A stretch of 64,000 nt of DNA from Bugula neritina. Its lineage: Eukaryota > Animalia > Bryozoa. The notes under the pieces are model-generated. The model was given only the letters and a program-made list of their open reading frames with translations, did not search any database and was not told the DNA's origin. The stretch spans positions 22,894,628 through 22,958,627 of the forward strand of contig OZ037767.1 in the NCBI GenBank assembly GCA_964035545.1. Direction: 5' to 3'. This document shows positions 29,841 to 61,500 of the stretch, in pieces (position 1 is the stretch's first letter; each line of letters starts with the position of its first letter). The position numbers and the translations under genes were made by a program.

Positions 29841-30630
29841 TTCTTTGGTTTTACAGTTTTCTGTCATCTAACACTTATTCAATGATTCTAACTAGAATTA
29901 ATTTTATTATTTAGTGAAAATATCTTCTACTGTATAGGAAACTGAAAGATCTTAATTTATGTATAGATCAACTTTATATCATGTGACTAATATTTTGATG
30001 CAGTAGCAGAAAATTTCAGGGCCGGGTGCTGGTTACAATTTTCAAGAAAGAAACAGTATTTTCAATTGGTAGTTGTTTTACAATTTAGTCCTTTCCTAAC
30101 TTTTCTATGACTGCAGCTACCTCGTTATACATGTGTAATGGAAACTTTAATCTTTTGCAAATATGTATATCTTTACTATTTCTTAAGCTTTAATGGTATA
30201 AAACATGACTGTGGAGAAGAATATAGTTACAAACATCTCATAAATATATAGAATGTAAATAATAATCAGTTTACAGTTGTATAGAAATTAAGTTGTCTAG
30301 AGATAAATTTGACTAACTGACTAATTTTCAAACAGGTGTTCACCACTTTATATATTGTCTATATATATAGACAATATATCATATTATTGGTTATTTAAAG
30401 ATTTAATTCACCACCAGAACTAGTATTTAGACAGACAGTCTGAATACAAACTTCTCACACCAACCTTAGCGAGGGTTACCTGTTGAATACCTGGCATATG
30501 TAATGTATTGCTAACAACCAACAATACATCTAGAAGTATTATTATAATAGTTAGTATCACTGGTTATTGCCTCCACATGACTTTCTATACTCTGCTACTC
30601 TGTACCTTATAGGTTCAATAAGAAAAAGCA

Positions 30631-41293
<10,663 letters not shown>

Positions 41294-44200
41294 TTCACTG
41301 GAGAGTTGCTATTTTTATTATTATTTTACGTCATCACAAAGGGATATAAATATACATAGAAACAATCAAACTGTTGAAATGACTCTGTAATCATGTTATG
41401 TAATGTATGATCTTGATAAGGCTTTCAAAAAGCTGAATATTGTACTTGACATGGTTCAGTCAGCCATCTTTATATTCTTTTGAAAATCAATATTACAAAG
41501 CACAAATATATATATTTTTTCCATATATATAAATGGAAAATATAGTGTTATATTTGAAGCACTTTGGTAATTAAATTGTTGTAACATTCAATTAATGTGT
41601 TTGTAGTAAAAATTAGGTATTGCCTTGAAAAATGCACAACAACAGCTAAAAGCAATCTACAATGTACTATAATTAGTGCAAACATGAAAACAAGGCAGCT
41701 AAAACAATGGTTTGGTATGTTTATTGTAAAAAGTATAGCATTTCGCACATACATTGTCAAAAAATTCAGGTGCAAAACCTAAAGTGTGTAATTTAAAACT
41801 TGAACAATGAAAATCTTTAGTTAAGCCTACATAATTTCTTTTAATTGTTTTCTAATCCAAATTTACCAAAAAATTACCTTCACTGTAATGCATGCGGAAG
41901 TGAAAAAGTTTTCAATTAAAGTAGTGAAAAAGTTTTCAATTAAGGTAGTGAAAAATATTCAATGTGATAACAAAAATACTATAATAACCTAATTATGTCA
42001 AAATGTACAGCCTATTAATCTTGAAACTTGAAAACTACTTGACAAGTTAAATACTTTTAACAAGAAAATTGCTGTGATTCGATTCTGAACTGTTTAATAT
42101 GAACAGCAAACTATAATTGAAGCAGTTGCGTTCCCTTGCCGTGCAACCATGCAACCGTGCAACTTGCAAGTTGCAAAATACTCAATGGTAGTAATTAAGT
42201 TTAGATAACTATTTACATGACTGGGAAAATATATTCATTTGATATAAACCTTGAGCTAGCTAATAACAACTTTTATATTCCTGTATAAAGCTTATAGAAT
42301 GAAAACCTTGCAGTTGTTAATTGATCAGCCAATAACATTGCAAACACACATTTTGCTCAAACAGTTTATTTATGATGTGATGCATTTATAGCTATAACTT
42401 GACACATTTTACTGTGGCCATGAAGTTAAGAAAAATGTGTATCAGTACTATTGGCTTTGTTCAGCTGCAGGTATCCTACTAATACATGATCAAGTTTTTC
42501 TCCAGTCACTTTAAATAACGTTTATGGAAGAGTACTGTTTAAACAGTATAAAATTGTACAAAGATAAGTGTTCAATTACAATGCAATAGAGAATTCATAT
42601 AGTATGCCAAATGCAGCTACTATTATGTAAGCCGAGTATTGAATGTACATGTTTTTGTATAATCAATACAAGTTCCACCCACTGAATTCTGTTTAGCTAC
42701 TCAAGGATTCAATAACTCCAGGGCTAAAACTACTACACAGTATGCATAGCAAAAGCTACACTCTAGTGAGTTTATTGACTTCTTACTATCACAGAAACGC
42801 ATATTGCTCTTAATCAAACCATTCATCAGCAATCAAAGGTAAGCTAATCTTCTGTAAATATCAAGCTTATCACTGGCTGATGTTAAATAATAAATCTGAC
42901 TCAGAGATGCTGTGATTATTTAGAACATAAAATAATAGAAACTTTTACCAAAAATCAACTTGTTGCGTGTCTCAAATATAGAAGAATCATACAGCATACT
43001 GTTAAGTATATCTACCTTCGCTGTTTATTACAAAAAATATACAGTGTTGTGTTTTAACAATACTGCATTGAGAATATAGTGACTAAATCACATTAAATTC
43101 TCTTTTCAGTTCCATATTCAGCATTCTCCAACCACTTTCAATATAGGTTCTTAAATTGCAAATTTTATGGTTTTAAATTTATCATTACTTGACAGTTTTA
43201 AAGGTTTATAAATAGTTTTAGTAAGCTTTTGCGTTGCACCTTATAAACTTTTGCAAACAGCCTGTTTTTAGTGAATTACTTTTTCTTCTGTAATTATACT
43301 TATTACGGTAGAAATTACAATCACATAATATAAATTGCAAATCAAAACTATGTTTTGGAAGCGCAATACCACAAGTTTGACAAATATGAATAAGAATCAT
43401 TATTTTCAAATTCACAATTTTATAAAATATAATTGTTGCTAAACACATGTTTTTTGGTCTGAATATTGTAAAAGCACTAAAATTTAACAGGTGTGTTGGT
43501 TAAGAAAATGGTTTTGATGATGCACTTTAGATAAGTTTCTTTTAAAATTTAAAAGCCATGATATCTTTTGAATTTTAAAAGAAACTTAGCTACACACAAA
43601 TGTGAGGTGTGAGTTGATCACCAAGGGCACATTTAATTGTATGATCACGGCTATAATAATCTGTTATGCAGTGTTGTACATATTATATTACACTTAGTTC
43701 AACATTCAAAAAGTTAAAAAAGGTTAAAAAAGAGCTTAACCTCCGATAGTGCAGCTGCTATAAGGGTGAATATGATACATGCATCAAAGCTTTAATTCAG
43801 CTTGATTTATTTTAATGCATATCAGCCCTGGAAAACCTTCTTATATAAAATTAATGTCAGCCTTAGCTTGAGGCAAGTCGTTTTTACATTCTTAATGTAA
43901 GGTTATGGCATAGTACAATAATTTCAAGTTGTGAAAGCAGCATAACGCAATGAATATCTAACAGTTTATTAAACATTCAGCGTTGCGTTTAACGGAACGT
44001 TCCACTCAAATAGATCATCACATCACTTGATTCTCGCCTATACACGCAACGCAACGACTGGAATAGTTGTCAATTCATTAATTAGATAACAACACGTCCT
44101 TGCCCATTGGCTGTGGCTTTACGCCTTGGCAGCCCGGATGTTTCAGTGCAGACGTTGAACCTACAGTTAGTAGAATAGTAGCGCGCTAGCAATGCAAGTT

Positions 44201-45399
44201 CCATCGCATAAAGAACAATCAATTTTAATGATATAATTAACAAAATATAAATGAATTTGAATTGGAATTAACTTAAAGAGGCACAGGTTAGTTTTGTTTT
44301 TCAGAATTTGTAATAGTTTAAAGCTTTCCTTAAATATTTTTTATCTATTTCAACTTAATAATAAATATTTGGTTTATTTAACAATTATTTAGGAGTTTAA
44401 CAAGTTTGGAATGCCAGTGTGGTCGGTGCATGATAAAATTATGGCTATGTGTTTACTTTGTAATAGATTTCTCATAAAATTGTGAATTCTAAAGGCAGGC
44501 TCTCCAGTTATTGATCAGATTGTCACAGGATAGAACTCTAATTTGTAGCTTAAAGTTTTACTTTTATTCATAACAGTATTTTACTGCAACTACTAATTCA
44601 AGTCAACTTTGAATACAAGTTTAACCTTTATTTATGTAATACATACATCATTACTTGTCTTAACTGATATAATTACTTAACTTTGTCTATGACAATTATC
44701 AGTTAATGTCATTTTTCATTTAAAACTTTAATATTTTTAGTAAACCTACAATGTCGTTTCCTAGAGTCAAACTCACCCTAGCTAGCCACTAAAAGGAGGC
44801 AAGAGGTGGTTAATCCAAAATATGTATATATGTTTGAATACTTTAAAAGTCATAAATAATTGTTGATTTTTTATTTTTGGTGGTTATATTTTAAAAACCT
44901 TTTATAATTGCATATATTAACCTACTTTTATAGTTTCTTACGGCAGTTGGAATAACTAAAAATAAAGTTAGTAACACCAACACCAGTACAACTCATCTAT
45001 AGTTAGTGGCAACGCTACACTTATTTATCATATTTTGTGAATCTCATCTAATAACACAGCAAATTGGGCTTCGAGCTGTTTGTGTAGATACTAAGGGTTA
45101 ATTAAATAAATATCTAAAGCTTATAGAATAAACTCAACTCTAGTTCAATGCTGCAGCATGTGAACTTAACTCCATGCAGTGAACTTAACTCCATGCAGTA
45201 AACTTAACTCCATGCAGTGAACTCAACTCCATGCAGTAAACTTAACTTTATGCAGTAAAGTCATTTTTGTTCTAGGCACAGCTTTTAGAAATGGGAGAGG
45301 AGTTTTTTGACTGCCCAATAAATTTAGATGATTAGCTGCATTAGAGAGTTTATTGTAAATATATTTATTTTGGTGTATTTGAACTATTCGAGGGAATAA

Positions 45400-45542
45400 T
45401 GACCTTTAAGGACATCTCATGCTTATCAAGTTGTCCAATTAGATGACAGCAACCTGTGCATACTTATTGATAAGTCGTTTAATATAAAAGCCAGCAGAAG
45501 TGAATGCACTTGTAATAGTTGTAACAAAAACCTTGTGGTGAG
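45400..45542 (+). promoter_or_regulatory. Putative core promoter and non-coding first exon of copy D
   Basis: TGACCT-TTA-AGGACA, CCAAT, TATAAAAG at 45483-45490, donor GTGAG at ~45538. Confidence 0.5.
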
Positions 45543-46332
45543 TTCTTTGGTTTTACAGTTTTCTGTCATCTAACACTTATTCAATGATTCTAACTAGAAT
45601 TAATTTTATTATTTAGTGAAAATATCTTCTACTGTATAGGAAACTGAAAGATCTTAATTTATGTATAAATCAACCTTATATCATGTGACTGATATTTTGA
45701 TGCAGTAGCAGAGAATTTCAGGGGCGGGTGCTGGTTACAATTTTCAAGAAAGAAACAGTATTTTCAATTGGTAGTTGTTTTAGAATTTAGTCCTTTCCTA
45801 ACTTTTCTATGACTGCAGCTACCTCGTTATACATGTGTAATGGAAACTTTAATCTTTTGCAAATATGTATATCTTTACTATTTTTTAAGCTTTAATAGTA
45901 TAAAACATGACTGTGGGGAAGAATATATTTACAAACATCTCATAAATATATAGAATGTAAATAATAATCAGTTTACAGTTGTATAGAAATTAAGTTGTCT
46001 AGAAATAAATTTGACTAACTGACTAATTTTCAAACAGGTGTTCACCACTTTATATATTGTCTATATATATAGACAATATATCATATTATTGGTTATTTAA
46101 AGATTTAATTCACCACCAGAACTAGTATCTAGACAGACAGTCTGAATACAAACTTCTCACACCAACCTTAGCGAGGGTTATCTGTTGAATACCTGGCATA
46201 TGTAATGTATTGCCAACAACCAACAGTACATCTAGAAGTATTATTATAATAGTTAGTATCACTGGTTATTGCCTCCACATGACTTTCTATACTCTGCCAC
46301 TCTGTACCCTATAGGTTCAATAAGAAAAAGCA

Positions 46333-54443
<8,111 letters not shown>

Positions 54444-54588
54444 ATATACATCAAAACAATCAAACTGTTGAAATGACTCTGTAATCATGTCATATGATGT
54501 ACAATCTTGATAAAGCTTTCAAATGGTTCAGTCAGCAATATTTATATTTTTTTTTTAAATTAATATTACAAAATACAAATATATATAT

Positions 54589-54678
<90 letters not shown>

Positions 54679-54726
54679 GTATACGAGAAACATTGTTGAT
54701 TTATTACTTTATTAGGTAAAGTAATT

Positions 54727-54768
54727 CTACTGATATTTCGGGTACCACTGTACCCATCTTCAGAGTAG
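54727..54768 (-). ncRNA. Minimal hammerhead ribozyme in the inverted pseudo-LTR
   Basis: Exact reverse complement of 56102-56143. Confidence 0.8.
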
Positions 54769-55018
54769 CAATGAATGAAATTCAAAAATTATTACGTTAC
54801 GTTAGACGTTAAGCATGACACAAAGAATAGAGAGTGGCAGTTATTGTAAATTATTAAAACTTAGGGAGATAATCTTATTTTATATATTACGCAGGTCAAA
54901 AATTATATTGATTTTTTGCATAAAAATAAATTAGAGTTGACAAAAAAAATAGATATCCAAATATAAAAACAGCAAGAATTAGTGAAACTATGTGAGAGTT
55001 GAGTAGTGTGGAGTTATT

Positions 55019-55855
55019 GATAATTTTCATCCTAACATAAAATTTACTCACAAACTAGAAACCAATAAATCACTTTCTTTTCTGGATGTTACAGTTTTGC
55101 GACACAATAGCTCAGTGGAAACCACAGTATTCCGCAAACCAACACATAACGATACATATTTACATTGGAACTCTTTCTCACTAAAAACGTGGAAGCTAAG
55201 CACACTCAAGTCACTAGTATTAAGGGCTAATAAAATCTGTTCTACTCCAGCACTTAAGACCCAAGAACTAAACTATATTCGAAATGTTTTTGAACATAAA
55301 AATGGTTACCCTAAATATGTAATAGAGAAAACTATTAACAACATTGGTGACGGACTACTCAGTGAAAAAGACAACAGGAAACACATTTTACTCCAGCTGC
55401 CTTATAAAGGAGTAACAGGAGAAAAACTAATCCGCTCCCTCAATAAATTAATTACAGACTCTTTTTCAAATGAACTCAATGCCCGGATTTTATTTAAAGG
55501 AACCCCCTTAAGTTCACATTTTAATCTCAAAGATAAAACCAATAAAGAACACATTCACAACCTAGTCTACAAAATAACCTGCCCTGAAGCTACCTGTCAA
55601 CAAACATATATAGGCGAAACCGGACGTCGCCTATCACACAGGATACATGAACACTGCCATGACATCAATTCTAAAATTTATCAACACATCTCCACCACTA
55701 ATCATGGAAACATATCAATAGACAATGTAACAGTTTTAAATCATTCATTTAAAGGAATCCACCATCGAAAAGTAGCCGAAGCTCTCTACATTAAACAAAT
55801 AAAACCGCAACTCAATAAACAAAATTACTCCATACCACTAAAACTATATCAATAG
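55019..55855 (+). CDS. Penelope-like element ORF fragment: RT C-terminus/thumb plus GIY-YIG endonuclease
   Basis: Open frame DNFHPNIKFTHKLETNKSLSFLDVTVLR...VFRKPTHNDTYLHWNS...KNGYPK...LPY...NLVYKITCPEATCQQTYIGETGRRLSHRIHEH...EALYI...PQLN. Confidence 0.9.
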   Translation, partial: DNFHPNIKFTHKLETNKSLSFLDVTVLRHNSSVETTVFRKPTHNDTYLHWNSFSLKTWKLSTLKSLVLRANKICSTPALKTQELNYIRNVFEHKNGYPKYVIEKTINNIGDGLLSEKDNRKHILLQLPYKGVTGEKLIRSLNKLITDSFSNELNARILFKGTPLSSHFNLKDKTNKEHIHNLVYKITCPEATCQQTYIGETGRRLSHRIHEHCHDINSKIYQHISTTNHGNISIDNVTVLNHSFKGIHHRKVAEALYIKQIKPQLNKQNYSIPLKLYQ

Positions 55856-56101
55856 CTCCACACTACTCAACTCTCACATAGTTTCACTAATTCTTGCTGT
55901 TTTTATATTTGGATATCTATTTTTTTTTGTCAACTCTAATTTATTTTTATGCAAAAAATCAGTATAATTTTTGACCTGCGTAATATATAAAATAAGATTA
56001 TCTCCCTAAGTTTCAATAATTTACAATAACTGCCACTCTCTATTCTTTGTGTCATGCTTAACGTCTAACGTAACGTAAAAATTTTTGAATTTCATTCATT
56101 G

Positions 56102-56143
56102 CTACTCTGAAGATGGGTACAGTGGTACCCGAAATATCAGTAG
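56102..56143 (+). ncRNA. Minimal type I hammerhead ribozyme in the Penelope 3' pseudo-LTR
   Basis: CTACT CTGAAGA T GGGTAC AGTG GTACCC GAAA TATC AGTAG: stem I CTACT/AGTAG, stem II GGGTAC/GTACCC, intact CUGANGA and GAAA cores, vestigial stem III. Confidence 0.8.
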
Positions 56144-56225
56144 AATTACTTTACCTAATAAAGTAATAAATCAACAATGTTTCTCGTATACCTATTTATA
56201 ATCAAATTGCTAGCTCGTAAAGATA

Positions 56226-56312
<87 letters not shown>

Positions 56313-56908
56313 TTTTGTGGGCGACTTATGAGAAGTTCTTAAATGCAATTGGTAGCTAAGAACGAACACCTAGTTTTTGAAAACCAAATAATCATATTAT
56401 GCAAATATTACATTATGTCAAAACAAGCTTTAGTTGATAGCTTTGCATTATAGAATATGCAAACAGCTTTAAAGTATTTATACTTGACTATTTGTATTAC
56501 ACTGATAATTTTATATGAGTTATTCATCACATTTAGTAGTATGCTGTCCAACATATTTTTAGACAACTACCTTCAATTATGGTACCAGAACGAAACTAAC
56601 TTAACTTGAGATAATCTAAAGTAGTTTCAACTTCTTTGTTTAAGATTACTCTGTATAGATGATGCAGTTTTAAATGTACTTAATGTAGACATTCTACATT
56701 GAGAATAAATTTTAAATTGCTATAAAACTTGGACTAATAAAACGGAGACAGTACTTTTCATTGGATTTCATAAAGCTGTAGAGATTTAAAACTTAATAAG
56801 TCAAAGTTGGAATATCTGTACTTAATCTTGAGAAAGTTTTAAACATTTCAAAAAACATAAAAGAAGTTACTTATTTAAGCACGGTATACATATTGTACTT
56901 GGAGTCTG

Positions 56909-56989
<81 letters not shown>

Positions 56990-56990
<1 letters not shown>

Positions 56991-57621
56991 TGATTAAACT
57001 GGGTTCCTTTTAGTTAAAACTGAAAAACTGTTAGGATTTAAAAGCACAATAGATTTAAATCTAATGAATGAGAAAAGAAAAATTTTATAATTATCAATTG
57101 CGATGAAACTTATGCCAGTAAAAGCTGAAACTGTTTTAATGTGATATATATAATATAGTGGTTGGGTGCTAAAAATATCAAGATTATAGCTATTTGGAAA
57201 AGATGAGTTTCAAGTCCCTGAAAATTGACGATTTTGAAAAATTGTCAAATTCTTGGCCTAAAGACGTAATGCAACAGAAATTTTTTCTCAATATTTATGG
57301 CAGATTTGATGCTTTCATTTAAATTAAAACATGTAGAACTATCATCCATAAAAGTATGAAAGGTTTGTCTTGAATCGTCTCCGAGATATAAATCCATAAA
57401 GTTGACTTTCGGTACCGAAACCCATGAAAAAAGTACCAATTTTTTATCAATCTTTGCTCACAAACAGTGCCATAACTACAAAACTATTAGGAATTAAGGG
57501 GTAATATTTGATTTTTTTTTAATTGACATATTTTGGAATACCATACTAAAGTCTTGAAAAAAATCTGAGACGGGTCGGTGAAAATCCTCAAAAACTTTGT
57601 TGAGTTGGCGTGGAATGACCC
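56990..57621. mobile_element. One end of a DNA transposon (superfamily uncertain)
   Basis: Ends ...GTTGAGTTGGCGTGGAATGACCC (GGGTCATTCCACGCC on the minus strand), which I recognise as a typical cut-and-paste transposon terminus. The other end was not found, and the left side stops at a (TA)n tract. Confidence 0.4.
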
Positions 57622-58550
57622 TTATATGTTTGCTAGTTCTAATTTATCTCATTGACATTACTGTAACTCAAAAGTTTACCAATAGTTTGCATGGCAGTTA
57701 TTTATTTCAGGGCACCCATATATACCCGCACTTCTCTATATTTAACTGTTTAGCTAAAACATCAATAGAGTGGGGGGGGGGGCGGGGTGATCTTAATTAT
57801 TTGGCCAATTTTGTCAAAATACTTTAATCAAAAACAGCTTGCTCTTTTGGTAGTATCGCAGGAAAAACATTTAAATCATTATAAATTGAACTCCCATATA
57901 TAATTTGTGTAAGCAAAATTGATAAAAGTGAATTATCAAATTTTTGTGAGGAAATTAAACTCATGCCATTGAATCAGATTTTTCTGCCCGAAAAATTTGT
58001 TTACTCAACTATTTTATGGTTCTTTGTGTATAATGGTAGTAACTTTAGATGTGAACATGTGAAGCAGATTTGGGAGTTACTTCCCCAAGGAATAAAATTA
58101 CAGGTTGTTTGTAGAACTTTAATGACCCAAATCTATTTAGTGATGGCTATAAAGAAAATCTTACAACAATAGAAATATTACAATAAAAAAGAGATGCAAT
58201 TAAAAGACAACAATCAATGGTACATCAAGTTTTGCTATGCTGGCTATGCCAACAACTTACACATCACAACAGTTGAGATAAAAAAAGATTAAACAGATTT
58301 ACAAGTAAAATAACAATTACTACTAGTTATCCATCTTCGAAAGCTCTAAAACTGTTGTTCGAAAATTGACTGATAAACCCATAGAAATTGGGTCTATATC
58401 TAAGTATTTAACTGTGTTTACACACTAACAGAGTGTTAATTTTTGTGGTGTGGTGACAGAATTCTTTCAGCAATTGCATTGTTTCTATGTATATTTATCT
58501 CGCTTTGTGATGACATAAACTTATAATAAAAGTAGCACCTCTTCAGTAAA

Positions 58551-61500
58551 CTATTCTGGCTGTCTTTTGACAATATTAACTTTTAGTGGTTCTATGATTT
58601 GTATCAGCCCTGGTCCTTTTTTATAGGTCAGTTGATTCTAAAGATATTAAAAAAATGAGAAAAAGTTTAAATAGGGTTAGTAAAAAGTTTGAGAAAGTAA
58701 AATTGTAAGGATAAAAACAAGTTGGTCATTGTTACAATCTTTGTAAGGAGATTATATTCATAGTTGTGTTTCAAGGTAGAATGCAAAAACAATTTTAAAT
58801 GGCAATAAAACAGGTTAATTATTGTCACGTAGTCTCTGTAACTACATTATTGGTAAAGGTCTTGGGTAGACTGTGGACTTTACATCACACCATGCTGGAG
58901 CATAGTCTATAAAGTTTCAAAAAAAAACACAAGAGAAAGCATAGATAAGTCTGATAATATCATTGGACCAGACTTGTTGTGAATCTTTAAGCAACACTCT
59001 TATCTAGTATATTTAACTTCTTTGCAGTCAAGTGCTAAACTCTAAATCTTACCATACTTGGTGTATCGGCACCTTTTTCAAATTTTACCATTTTAAGAGT
59101 TTTTACAATGGCGACTTTTAGCTCTAGCATAGCAAGTCTTTTCCCAATACAAGCTCTGTTCCCAGCACCAAATGATAGAAATGCATACTGGTTAAATTCA
59201 TCTTTGTTCCCAGAAGAAAACCTATAAATAACTTAATCAAATAAACCCATGCAGTAACAGCATATAGCTATTAGTATGTAAAAGTGTTAGTAAATTATTA
59301 TAATACAGGAAAGTTTTTATGTATCTGAATATAATATATTATATTTATATCAGTAACACCCACATTACATACAGTATATATGACAGTAGTATAGGTATAT
59401 AACATATATATTATATTGATTGTCTTTTGTTATAGTAACTAATCCGAGACTCCTATCCGTGTGTAATATGTTCATAGGAATACATTTCTGTGTATAGTGT
59501 ATGTGATTTATAGTAAGTAGGTATGTATTATTATTACCGTTCAGGTCTAAATTGTTCAGGTTCTGGCCAATACTTGGGATCATGATGAAGGGCGTACTTT
59601 TGAAACTCCACAATCATGCCTTTAGGAATTCTGATACCTTTAACTGTGACATCTTTGTTGGCAACTCGGTCTATTCTACATTTTATAGCAAATTTAGGTA
59701 CCTATTATAAAGTTGTTCAACAGTACACAGGCTACATCAGAATTTAAGTGCTATAGTCAATGACCTACAATTAAAACATACATGATAAAATGTTTGGTAG
59801 GAAATTAAATAAATTTAACATTAAAGAATAGCTTCTACAGTAGCAATTATCTTTTTTATGTTAATAATCTTTTAAAATTAAAGCAATTCTAAGGGAACAT
59901 TTTTGATCTTTTCCTGATACTGATACTGATATTAATTGGCCCAATTCGTATATCCTATAGTAGATGATTAACTGCTAACATTCCAGCAATGTTGATCATT
60001 AGTCCAACAGCCTTTAACATGATGATTGGTTTACACCTATCAAAAATAGCAATGCATGGTGTCCCATATTAGGCATTAATGTTTCAGGCGACTATCTATG
60101 AGTTTTTAGTATTGCTCTCAGTGTTGATTGTTATTTCCATATAGGAGCTTTGCCTTTATTTCACCTAGTTACAAGAAATCGTGGTAAAGTGTTGAGATTT
60201 TTATGTAAAAGTTCTTGGGATTTCACTTTAATTTAGGACATCTATAAGAATCTGAAATGAAGTCTTCTAGTTCGAGGAGGTTGTTCCAACAATATGCTAT
60301 GGAATAGGATATTGTAGAATGTTGTGACCAGCCCAACAAAATCAGAGGAACTTTAGTTTTAAAGGTAAAGGACCTGAACTTAAGGACTTTTATAACATCA
60401 GTTTTCATTCTATCTTTAAAGATTTTACCCATAACGCATCTTAAACTTTTGGTATAGAAAGTGCCAAGTTTTGATTCTTGCAGTTGATGTCTTTTCTGTA
60501 TTTCTAATCAGCTACCTTTTGGAGACGCTTGAAGAGTTTTTTTGCAAAACTTTATCGGTGACAAACAAATATAATAATATGTCAATGTAATAATAGCAGT
60601 CACCTTTCTCACTTTTACGTTTTACACTCTGTGGTGATTCTTGTGTCTTTAAACTGCTATGTTACAAACTATTAATGAGTTGATTTTGTCTTTAGCATAC
60701 CCTCATATCCATGTGTACACTTATAGTATTTCCACAATATGTAACTAACTTACTATTGTGAGCAGATGTGAAGGCGTTGGCAAGGCGTCGGTAGAAAGTA
60801 AATCATTTTGTTTAGTAAATATACTAATACACTGAATACACTAAATACACTGAATACAATTGCAATTTAGTAGCTATATATTGACATTGAATTATATGCT
60901 TTATGATGTACCTTGACAACTGGGGAAATAATCTCAATGTCTCTAGAATACAACACTCTAAATACTCCAACTTCTGAAGCTCTTCATAATCACAATTTCC
61001 ATCTTCATCTGATATTTCAGATGTGAGTGTATAAAGCTACAATCATTCAACCAATCAAATTTGTTAGCTTAGAAATCTTTGATCATATACTTGCTAATCT
61101 GTTACTTCAACAATAATTATTATACCCATTCTTCTGTTCATTGTTATCTTTTACTTAATTTCTTTTCTAATGTTTTATATTTGTAAGATCTTTCTGATAT
61201 TAGATTTTGTTTTCTTGTTACTATTTAATATTCATTTAACTTTATTCACTTTTGAAGTTTCAATCTAATAGTAATCTATTTCTTGGCTCTTGATAACTCA
61301 GATCTTATATTACAAGATCTCTAACCACCAGTCTCATACCAAACAGTCACAACTACTTGTTAGCTAGTTGGCATAAAGGAATGTTACCTTCTCCTGTATT
61401 TCTGGATACCAAGCCAAGAGATAAAACAGATTCTGTAAAGTTGCTCCAGTTGATTCATATCCAGCAATAAGAAAAATAACTGCATTTCCTATAATCTCTT

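Larger units (their letters stand above)
54670..56225 (+). mobile_element. Penelope-like retroelement, 5'-truncated, with an inverted pseudo-LTR
   Basis: ~350-bp inverted repeats (54670-55022 and 55847-56200) flank an RT-C-terminus/GIY-YIG ORF. There is a short unique 3' extension and (TA)n on both sides. Confidence 0.92.

Noticed and set aside
30350-30379. 30-bp perfect palindrome ATATATTGTCTATATATATAGACAATATAT (also ~46052)
   Set aside because: Mostly low-complexity TA sequence, with no evidence of function.
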